Shown: piece after piece, positions 41,601-51,150 of the stretch | Layout of the letters: every line of letters starts with the position of its first letter | How positions within the stretch are numbered: the stretch's first letter is position 1 | Assembly (NCBI GenBank): GCA_032718475.1 | Contig: JAUCBJ010002735.1 | Coordinates: 24,584 to 88,583, forward strand | DNA: 64,000 bases | DNA from: Nemertoderma westbladi | Taxonomy: Eukaryota; Animalia; Xenacoelomorpha | Direction of reading: 5' to 3' | Notes under the pieces: model-generated | Told to the model about the DNA's origin: nothing | The model's input: the letters and a program-made list of their open reading frames with translations, nothing else | Databases searched by the model: none | Translations under genes and position numbers: made by a program

Positions 41601-44489
41601 CAATATAACCACTTAGATGATTGGAGTTTATGCAAGGATCTCTATTTGGCAGAGTATCAATTACATCTTGTAAATGAGATATGTTATGGTGAAGTTACTG
41701 ATGCAGATTTCTTGTGTGAGAAGGATACCTATGTGAACTTCTCTGCTGCAGAAAATAGCATGATTTTGGCCTCTGCCATTCATGATGATGAGATTTGTTC
41801 GTGCACAAAGACTGGAGTTAACATTCATGGAATTTCGCAACAAAGTATGTTGCAATTTTCTGAGGCACATTGTATGCAATCTATGTCATTTGTTACATTA
41901 GATTGCTCTGGAAAACTCAATGAACTTATAATGTTTAATTCGAATACAATTCAGTTTGCAAAAGTTGTTTTTCATGGTGAAGCTATCATTGTTGAAACTG
42001 AAGACTTTCAGGAAACTGACGATTCTATGGGAGTAAATTATAATAAAGCAAGTAGCACTAAAGTACTTAAACTGGAATCAGTTTGGAGTTCATGTTTCAA
42101 ACCAGTATCTTTAGGCTTACAAAAAATGGAAATCACAGATTATCAACGATTAGACGAATACACGGTAAAAGTGAAAAACGATTACGTAGATTTGACATAT
42201 GAACGCAAGTTTGGGCAGCTAATACCTACGGTTAAATCTGGATTAACGTGGTGTTTATCTCAAATAGACACACTGCCTGATTCTGTTGGGAAAATAACAG
42301 TCATTGAATCTATCAATGTCAAAACATCAATTGAATTTGTTTTAAATGAATCAGATGAATTTGTAGAAAATATTGAACATATTGTCGAGTATTCATTTCC
42401 TGTGAACGATGAAATGGAAGAGGAAGTCTGCAAGGAATCTAAAGGTTATACAATTCAAGAAGGACAAATACTGAGAGTTGAACACCATCTTCTAAGAGAG
42501 CAATTGATCGAAACTGTTGTTGAATGGGGCAGGTGTGCCGAAATTGTGTCTGACCTGTGGTTAATGTTGGTTGATGGTGACTTTGATTGGCCTTTATTAT
42601 GTTATCTTAGTGTTCAAAGAGAAATCGGAGGTGTGGCTATTGCTATTGCAAAGGCTGAAAAAACGTTTTCAGGTGGATTTGGTTTTCTAAATGTGATACA
42701 GGCATCTTCAGCGATAGATATTCCAGCAATTTTTATTGACCAACTTATATCACAACCGGCAGAAATGACTATTAACACTCGATCAGGATTTGATCCACAA
42801 ACAATTTGCATTGCAGAGCAGGCATTTGTAGAGACAGTATTAGAGAAGACTTCAGTGTTTCCAGAAATCGATTTAGAAGAACTTTGTGTGGCATATTTCG
42901 CTCAGCTGAATAATGTCTCAAAGAATTTTAGCAACATCTTATATAATCCTCCAGATGAAGAGACGATTGAAATCGACTCACATAAGACTTTTCCAATTCT
43001 GGAAAAAAATCCACTCACGGAATCGACTGGGTTGGTGTATAATACGGACGCCACAAAATGGCTGTTATCATCTGCTGGTGATCCAATTATAATTCATGGA
43101 ATGGGACAGACTAACGCCTGGCAGCAGGTGCATACAGTTCATAAGATCGTTGAAAGTCGCGAATTTGCAGTACGAACTGGAGGTGTTGAGAAAAAAGATC
43201 CTGGTGCTGGAAGTGCCTTTGTTGAGCAATCGGTGCACCACCCTGGCATGGAAGGCTTCTTAAAGAAATCGTTTGTTTCTCATGAGAAACATGATGTGTC
43301 TGATGGCAGTCTGGCTCTGATGGAAGACGATAACATGCAGTCGAAAGGGAGGGAGCCTCCCAAGACTCATCCTTCATTTTTGACTAAGTTCAAAGACACA
43401 CCATGCTTGGCTAAGGGAACGGTAAGTTTAGAGTGTAAGGTTGCAGGTTCTCCAATGCCTGATGTACTTTGGTATAAGGGCACTAGCCAGCTCAAACCTT
43501 CGGACAGAATCACTATATCCTCCCATGCAAATGGGACTAATAGCATCGAAATTACCAATGTTAATGAAGATGATGACTCTGATTATACTTGTATGGCAAT
43601 AAACGTCCTTGGAGTTGCGACTTGTATTGGAAGACTAAGGGTTGTTGTCCCCAATGCATTAGTCCATCAAGAAACTTGGATCCCGATAGAGGGAACTCAA
43701 GGAATGCCGGGTGGGCCATTGGGTGATTTATTTATGCGAAATGTATCTGTTAAACCTGATGCTCACGAATCTCACCAAGGAACCCAGCCACATGGAAGAG
43801 GAGTGAAGGTTTCTACTTTTATTGAATATGAGTACACTGATGACTATGACAGCAGTCCCTATGGATCTCCTGTGTTTGGAAGGCCATCGATTACTGTATC
43901 ACCTCGCCCCATGTCTCCATTATCTCCAACAATGTCACCTCGTAGAAGTTCAACAATGTCGCCTTTACCAATGTCACCACGCAGAATGTCCATGCTGCTC
44001 TCACCTGCTGCAGGTAGACGAGGGAGTTGCATGCTTCCCCAGTTGCCAGTTCTGCCCTCCACCTCTAGTTCTCTTCTTTCCCCAAGACCATTTTCTCCTA
44101 GTTTTTCACATTCCCCATCTCCATTGGCTAGACAAAGAAATTTTAGTTTCAGTTTAGCATCTCCTCAAATGAGACGGAAGTCCGAAATACCTCGAGAACC
44201 AAAGTTTACTAAGAAGATTCGCACAGTTATTGCAGCGGAAGGAAAAGCAGTTCGATTTGACTGTTTTGTTACAGGAAGTTATCCTATCACTGTTACATGG
44301 TACAAAGGCAAACAAAAGATTGAAAAAGATAACTCACATTACAACATTCGCGATGGGTTTGAAGGAACACATTCCCTAATCATCACAAGCGCTACCAATA
44401 ATGATATTGGTGAATACATGGTCAAGGCTGAGAACATGCTTGGGACTGCCACTTGCACAGCCAGTCTGAACATGAGTGGAAAAAAGTAG
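29603..44489 (+). CDS. Second giant exon (~4,960 codons): continuation of the repeat array, then two I-set Ig domains separated by a Ser/Pro-rich linker; ends at TAG
   Basis: In-frame with the upstream exon after splicing. The repeat periodicity continues (e.g. TGG 31689 and 32256 are 567 nt apart). C-terminal Ig domains carry canonical I-set motifs. Possible ATTAAA poly(A) signal at 44748-44753. Confidence 0.9.
43371..43646 (+). other. I-set immunoglobulin domain 1 (titin/kettin/MLCK/palladin type)
   Basis: PSFLTKFKD...VSLECKVAGSPMPDVLWYKG...SIEITNVNEDDDSDYTCMAINVLGVATCIGRLRVV matches PxF, LxCxVxGxPxPxVxWxK and DxxxYxCxAxNxxG. Confidence 0.92.
44199..44477 (+). other. I-set immunoglobulin domain 2
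   Basis: PKFTKKIRTVIAAEGKAVRFDCFVTGSYPITVTWYKG...HSLIITSATNNDIGEYMVKAENMLGTATCTASLNM matches the intracellular muscle-type I-set consensus. Confidence 0.92.
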
Positions 44490-44788
44490 TTGAGTGCGAG
44501 GATGAGGGAGCATATAGTGATTCTGTCCAAAGGAAGGAGCTAGAAATTACACTGTAGTTGTTAAATGTAGAGTCTATATTTTACTTTATGAATCACTTTA
44601 TATGCCTATCCCCTCATCCTCTCTTGTTTATGGTGTGCACTCACTATTAGATTCCCTTATTCCTCTTACCTGTTTTATTGTAACAAGTTTTTTATGTTAA
44701 TTGTTGGAAATTCACATTGTATCTGAATGAAATAATGTGACAATATAATTAAACTGAGTAATGCATTCGGTATTATCACATATTGCAG

Positions 44789-47700
44789 GATGATGGAGAA
44801 CTCGATTTAAGATTAGTTTCGAAACAAAGTCACGTCGAGGAACAGTTCGAAAATAGAAAATCTATGACGTTTTTTGAAGAACTAAGCGTTTCATCCCTAA
44901 AGGTTGATAAAAATATAAATTATGTTGAAGACATTCTTTGGGATGAATTACCAGATGAAGATGAATTTGCTGAAGAGATTCCTAGAAAGTTTCTTGATAA
45001 AGCTGTTTTAAACATCGAATTAGTTGCGGACGACAATATTTTGAATACAACTACATTTGAGATATCAGAAGACGTGCTTGCCATAGCTGGAATTCGACTA
45101 GTGCAAAGGGACCATTATGAATATATATATGCTGATTTGGAAACGGTGTATTTTGGTGATACTCATCTGGCTACTGAAGATTCCAAGCATGATATGACTG
45201 ATAGCTCCAAGCAGGAAACAAAGCCGATCATAATAAAGTCCTACAGATCGACAGAATCTATTGTCAAAACACCTGCAAGTTCTCAACCAGCGATATACCG
45301 GTCACAAAGTGTTCCGTATCTTGCGGATGACTCTGAATATCGATTAAAACCCTTATCAAAAAGACCAATCTCAATTTCTACTGACGGAAGTGATGTATTT
45401 TATATTGACTCAACAGATAAGTCTTCAGATATGAGTGATATCCTTTCAAGCGAAGATGTGCAAAGAATTGATATTTTAGAAGGCTCAATCAGGCATGAAA
45501 CTGACAGTAAAATATTTTCAATTGCAGAAGAAGAACATATTGATGTAATACGTGATTCAGATGGTGATGTATTTTACGATTGTGATAATGATAATTTGCA
45601 GAAATCACTTTTGCATGAAACCAGCAATAATAAAATTAATAGCGATGTTGCTAATTTAATGTTTGCTCCAAGCACTGAAATATTTTTTCAAAATACAGAG
45701 GAATTGCCAGACTTCAAAAGAGAAAAATCTCACAGAAAATCATCTGTTTCAGTTAATAAATCCGAGAATGATGTTCTTATAATAACCTCATATGATATTT
45801 TAACAGACGACAACTATAGGCCGACGAAACGAAAATCAAAGCGTTCCTCGAAAAATGAAACAAGTCAGGTAGAGACCGATAACCTTCTTATGGTAACATC
45901 GTACGATGTGCAACACGATTCCAGTGTGGTCGTGACAACAGAAGAACATCTGGGAAACATTTACAGTACCAAATCAACTGTTACCAAACCGCGCAAAGAT
46001 TCAAGGATAAAAAAATATAAACCAAGATATCCTGTGTCTGATGCTATGTCTACAAGTCAGGAGTTAGTAGTCCCTCAGAAACAGCGTACTCGAATTAGAA
46101 GTATTGACAAATCCCAAGAAGAAACGTTAGTAATTACAAGTTATGAGATACTGAGTGCACCCCAAGAAGCTGTAGAGAAACGTAAGATGGAAAGCCGCCA
46201 ACTACACAAGAGCTCTAAAATCAAAACTGAAATTAAAATGTCTAATCAAGCAGATTTAGAGGCAATTTCTTCAAAAAGAGTGACTAGCAATCATAGGAAA
46301 TACAAACCAAGGTATCCAGTTAAATCCAGTGGAGATGACATTGGTACAAGCCAGGAATTTCTTGTTGCAAGAAAGAAAAGAAATCGACTTAAAAGTAAAG
46401 ACACAGCTAAAGAAGATGTTTTGTTGATTACTAGTTATGAAGTTCTCAATGACAACACCTACAAATATAAAGAGAAAGAAAAAGAATCAACTGCAATATT
46501 CCGAGCTTCCACATCAAACACAGGTGCTGAAAGGGCACATCAGTTATCTACAAATAATTATGTATCTAAAATTAGTTATCCATCTGCAAAAAGTAAAACG
46601 CTTCCCAATGAGATGTCAAGAATATCTGAGAAGCAAGTTTCTGCAACCAAGGCAACTCAACATCTGCAATTTGAAAGTGTTACGCACGATCCAACGCCCA
46701 AGCGCAAACACAAACCAAGATATCCAGCAAAATCCGGTGATGATGAAATAGAAACCAGTCAAGAATTTGTCATCCAAAAATATGACTCCCGTCAGGAATA
46801 TATCGTTCCAAAGGCGAAAAGAGGTCGCCTTAAAAGTGGAGATACATCCCAGAAAGACCTCTTGGTAATAACTAGCTACGAAGTTCTGAACGATAATCGT
46901 CATACCCAAAAGATAAAGAAGGATTGGTCAAACAAGGAGTCGAGATTTGAAAGAACTGACCTTAAGATATCTTCTGGAGAAATGTCAACAAGAGCCAAAA
47001 GTACATCAACCTCTTCTGTGTCACATTCAAAGTTGATTGATGTTTATGGTACTAAAATTTACAACCCCCTTGTCAAGACAACACTTGAGCCTTATAATGG
47101 TTTGGATTCATTGACAAAACAACATCATGACGCGGAGCTAGTTTGGAAGAATTCTGCGGATGTTACCTTGTCGGACAGTTCTATCACAGCCACGTCGCGA
47201 AAACGTCCGCACTACAAACCAAGGTATCCGAGTTTGCCAAGAGAATACGACTTGCAGTCGAGTCAGGAACTTCCTCCAATCAAGCCATTCCCGAAGTTCC
47301 ATGCTGATGCCGAGTTTACTGCCCAGGAGGAGTGTGTAGTAGTGACGTCATACGAAGTTGAGGAGGATGTAATAACTGTAAGTCCAAGATCGAATAATAT
47401 GCCATCTGATAAACTGAGACGGAAACAGCAAACAAAGATTAAAACACCTTTAACATTCCAGGATATTATAGTATCAGAGGAAAGAGAAATTGATAGCGAA
47501 CTCATTATTTCCCAAAGTCTTCAGCATTTATATAAGTCATACGAGAAAACTGCGCGTTCTGGTGCTTCTTCCATATCTAAACCAATAGCGTCATCAACAT
47601 CAACAACTGAATTTAGTTTAACACATGGACACTCATTGCGTCGCCCTCCAACCTCTGTGGCAGGCAGCGATAGTGAAGACAGCTTTAAATCAGCAGCCAG

Positions 47701-48139
47701 TAATTTAGACGTATTCGATTCTGGGCAAGTTGTTAACCTTCAATTCGCGGTGGTGGAACAAGGACCGCATTACGAGGCGCTCTACGATATGACCCCCAGC
47801 AAGAAAACGCGATGCGAGAAAGGCAGAGGTCGGTTCGTTTCGGTCACTTCCCAGAGCTACAAGGACGTCGTGTTTGAGACGTCTTGCGACGACCAACAGA
47901 GATGGAAAGATAGCATTGAATACACACACAGTCCGGATGAGGGCGCTACAGGAGACAGCTCAGAGGGACAGGAGAGGCAAAACTTTTTGGCGTCGTTGAA
48001 AAGAAAATTACGCACTAAACAATCGGACATTCACAAAGCGAAACAAATGCGTCGTTTGAAAGACAGTGCAGTTCGAACTCGGCGTGAAATAAAATCGATG
48101 GATTCAGCATCGACGCCGGATTTATCGAGATTCCAGGAG
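44789..48139 (+). CDS. Phase-0 exon (~1,117 codons) encoding a probably disordered S/K/E/T-rich region with KPRYP...SQE...TSY[ED] repeats; probably an alternative 3' exon of the giant gene. The current ORF runs into the LINE and stops at 48169
   Basis: The ORF start 'TTG CAG' is a splice acceptor tattatcacatattgcag|GAT (AG 44787-8) with an in-frame stop just upstream. Four KPRYP and six TSY[ED] motifs are present. The upstream donor partner was not identified. Confidence 0.7.
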
Positions 48140-48201
48140 GGAAAATCCGGACGAGAATCAAGTCTCTAGCCTCAGTAAACACCCTAACACTCGGGTCCCC
48201 A

Positions 48202-51099
48202 ATGCGACAAGGTGAGCTGACTGCCTTGGCAGATAAGCTTTCTCTTAGCGCAGTGGGTGTTCAAGAGCACCGAATGCAGACTGGACAGACTGATGAGGTT
48301 CTGATTAAGGACATGGGGGGTGGTTGGCGACTCGCCCTCGCGTCAGCAGATGATAGTGGCAATGGTGGAATTGGTCTATTGATGAATCCAACTGCACATG
48401 CAGCATTGGACAAAATAGACCAAATCTCTAACCGCATCATCCGTTGCCACTTCTCATGTTCTGGAAGACTGGCTAAGAAGTTTCCTAAGGTGGTTCTGAT
48501 TGTGTGCTACTCTCCAACTAGTGTTGCCCCTGTAGAGGAGGTGGAAAATTTCTACCACAATCTACAAGCAGCTACTGATGGAGTGGATCAGCATGCATTC
48601 TTAACATTCCTGGGAGACTTTAATGCAAGTCTGCATCAATCACCGACATCACCCTGGGTCTATAGCAATAGTGTTAACCGAAATTCTGTCCATCTTCAGG
48701 ATTTTATCTCTGGAAATGGATTGTTTTCGGCTGGAACCCAGTTCAAGAAGCGAACTGGAAAGCTATGGACTCATAGTGGACCCAGTGGTCACAAGTCCCA
48801 GATAGACCATATTCTGTTTCGTAGGAAATACAGGAGCTCTATACAAGACTGTAATGCATTTACACTTCGACCCTTCTCCAGTGATCACCGCCTTATTGTG
48901 GCCAAGGTAAGACTTAGTCTGCGTGCTAGCAGAACAACGAAATCTGCCTTGCCACGGCATGACTGGTCCTCTCTGTTGCAACAGCCAAGTGTGAGATCCA
49001 GCTTCACACTACAGCTGAGCAACAGGTATGAGGCTCTTGCCTCTGAGGCGGCAGATCACTGTGAGGGCTATACTGCCTTTACAGAAGCAGTTAAGTTAGC
49101 AGCTGCAGAAACAGTTCCTGTATACCCTCGAAACAGGAAAAGGGCCCCCTGGACTGACAACAAAATTCAGAAGTGCCGAAATGACCTTCATAAGGCGCAG
49201 AAAGAGTCCCGACTCAAACAGACTACAGCGGCCAAGAATGCAGTTAAAGCTGCATCTAGGTCCCTGAACAGGCAGTACTCTGTTAATCTACAGGAGCTAA
49301 TAAACCAACAGGTTGATGCCATCAATGATGCTGACGACAGCAGGCAATCATCCCAGGCATGGAAATCGATCAATCTGCTTACTGGGCGGAAAAGCCAACC
49401 AACCACCAAGGTTAAGGCTGAATCACCAGCCGATCGCCTCAATGGTTGGAAAGCCCACTTTGAAAAGCTCCTCAATAATGACAGGGTATTGCCTGATAAC
49501 TTTATAGAAGTAAAAGTGTCTGAGTCTGTACTCCCAGATATTCCCATTGGCGATATCTCCTTTGCAGAAGTGAATGCTGCTGCAAAGAGCATTAAGACCA
49601 ATCGTGCCAGTGGAGTAGATGGTGTTCCCCCTGAGGTCTTTAAAATACCTGAGTGTTTAAAGCTCATCTATCCCATCATAGTAGACATGTACCGTACAAC
49701 AAGAGTCCCACAAGAAATGAAAACAAATAAGTTGGTGCCAGTTCCCAAGAAAGGCAACCTAACACTCTATGGTTCTTTTCGGGGAATCTCATTGATCTCG
49801 ATTGCTGCAAAACTATACAATAGAATTCTATTAAATCGCATCAGGGATCCCATTGAGAGACTGCTACGTGGAAATCAGAATGGGTTCCGTAAAGGTCGTG
49901 GGACCATGGAGCCCATTTTGGCACTTAGAAGGATAATTGAAGAGTTATCAAAAAAGAAAGACAGGCATCTGGCTGTTATCTTTGTTGACTTCTTCAAGGC
50001 CTTTGATTCAGTCTCTCGCTCACGTATGTTCAGCATACTTTCATTATATGGGATTCCTGATGAAATTATTGCAGCAATCAGATCAGTATACGATGGTTCA
50101 ACAACATTTGTGTCTACTGTTGACGGTGACACAGAACCATTTGAAGTGTTATGGGGCGTCCTCCAAGGAGACACACTTGCACCATTCTTGTTCATTATTG
50201 TGGTTGACTATGTTCTACGCATGTCCTTAGATCATCATAATGATGATGGGGTGATGATAACTCCACCTACTGGCTCCAGAAGTCGAGGAAATCCTGCCAA
50301 GTACCTAACTGATCTAGACTTTGCTGATGACTTAGGAGTACTCTCAGAATCATTAGAGGGAGCCCAGCGGCTCCTCAGCTCATTAGAACATGCTGCTTCT
50401 AGTGTTGGTCTTTTTATTAACTCCAGAAAGACCAAAATTCTGACAGTTAACTTTGAAAGTCCTCAGCAAGTCTCTGATCGGATGAGCATAAGCTCAAAGG
50501 ATGGTATGCTTGAGCATGTGGACGACTTCTGTTACCTGGGGTCATGGATCCGGAAGTCAGGTGAGGACCTTCGAATACGTAAGGGAAAGGCATGGGCAGC
50601 CTTGAATAGGCTTTCCAGGATTTGGAAGTCACCTAGAATTAATCGGAAACTTAAGGTCCGATTATTTAGAGCAGCAGTAGTTCCAGTACTCCTCTACGGG
50701 AGTCCATGCTGGGCTCTAACTGCTGAGGACACCAAATCTCTGGATGGCACATTCACAAGAATGCTACGCCGGGTACATTGTGTCAAGTACAATGCACACA
50801 TCTCCAACCAGACACTATATAACATTGGAGGTGTCTCATTGGTTCCCCCAAGCTTGACACTAGAACAAAATCGGCTCCGCTTTGCAGGACATTGCTTTCG
50901 CCGTGAGGACCAGCCAGTGCATAATCTTGTACTTTGGCAGCCTCATGGAGTGAATAAGCATGGTGGACAACCCATGACTTTCTTGAGACGCATCTTAAAG
51001 GACACTGGCCTTGAAGATGCGGATGATCTAGCAAATGTCATGGGTGATAGGGAGTTGTGGCGGTGCGATTTTGTCGATAAGCCGGCACAGCATTCTTAA
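48202..51099 (+). CDS. RTE ORF: APE endonuclease-reverse transcriptase (965 aa from the first ATG; homology begins ~14 codons upstream)
   Basis: Stop-free ORF with all APE and RT motifs. The first APE motif (SVNTLTL, 48172-48192) lies upstream of ATG 48202. Confidence 0.92.
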   Translation: MRQGELTALADKLSLSAVGVQEHRMQTGQTDEVLIKDMGGGWRLALASADDSGNGGIGLLMNPTAHAALDKIDQISNRIIRCHFSCSGRLAKKFPKVVLIVCYSPTSVAPVEEVENFYHNLQAATDGVDQHAFLTFLGDFNASLHQSPTSPWVYSNSVNRNSVHLQDFISGNGLFSAGTQFKKRTGKLWTHSGPSGHKSQIDHILFRRKYRSSIQDCNAFTLRPFSSDHRLIVAKVRLSLRASRTTKSALPRHDWSSLLQQPSVRSSFTLQLSNRYEALASEAADHCEGYTAFTEAVKLAAAETVPVYPRNRKRAPWTDNKIQKCRNDLHKAQKESRLKQTTAAKNAVKAASRSLNRQYSVNLQELINQQVDAINDADDSRQSSQAWKSINLLTGRKSQPTTKVKAESPADRLNGWKAHFEKLLNNDRVLPDNFIEVKVSESVLPDIPIGDISFAEVNAAAKSIKTNRASGVDGVPPEVFKIPECLKLIYPIIVDMYRTTRVPQEMKTNKLVPVPKKGNLTLYGSFRGISLISIAAKLYNRILLNRIRDPIERLLRGNQNGFRKGRGTMEPILALRRIIEELSKKKDRHLAVIFVDFFKAFDSVSRSRMFSILSLYGIPDEIIAAIRSVYDGSTTFVSTVDGDTEPFEVLWGVLQGDTLAPFLFIIVVDYVLRMSLDHHNDDGVMITPPTGSRSRGNPAKYLTDLDFADDLGVLSESLEGAQRLLSSLEHAASSVGLFINSRKTKILTVNFESPQQVSDRMSISSKDGMLEHVDDFCYLGSWIRKSGEDLRIRKGKAWAALNRLSRIWKSPRINRKLKVRLFRAAVVPVLLYGSPCWALTAEDTKSLDGTFTRMLRRVHCVKYNAHISNQTLYNIGGVSLVPPSLTLEQNRLRFAGHCFRREDQPVHNLVLWQPHGVNKHGGQPMTFLRRILKDTGLEDADDLANVMGDRELWRCDFVDKPAQHS

Positions 51100-51129
51100 A
51101 AATGCAGCTGCAATGCAGCATGCCGATCC

Positions 51130-51150
51130 TAGTAGTAGTAGTAGTAGTAG
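51130..51150 (+). repeat. (TAG)7 3' tail of the RTE element
   Basis: tagtagtagtagtagtagtag about 30 nt after the RTE stop codon; the same tail type occurs on the intronic RTE fragment. Confidence 0.9.

Larger units (their letters stand above)
48140..51150 (+). mobile_element. RTE-clade non-LTR retrotransposon, 5'-truncated near the ORF start, coding region intact
   Basis: APE endonuclease (LASVNTLTL upstream of the ATG, GVQEHR, GDFNA, SQIDHIL, SSDHR) plus RT (QNGFRKGR, FVDFFKAFDSV, GVLQGDTLAPFLF, LDFADD), a short 3' UTR and a (TAG)7 tail. Confidence 0.93.

Noticed and set aside
1999-42600. The 94/95-aa unit as degenerate Fn3, Ig or cadherin domains
   Set aside because: The size fits, but Fn3 (PxxP, W-x-P, YxFRVxA), Ig (paired C/W, DxGxY) and cadherin (DxNDN, LDRE) signatures are absent, and the unit has internal ~47-aa duplication. 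A structural search is still needed.
124-47929. Dozens of 60-120-aa ORFs antisense or out of frame to the giant exons
   Set aside because: Shadow ORFs with no recognisable motifs, overlapping a clearly constrained main frame.
44783-48169. The 1,128-aa ORF as ORF1/gag of the downstream LINE
   Set aside because: It begins at a splice acceptor and lacks RRM, CCHC or esterase features, and the host sequence appears to resume after the LINE pair.
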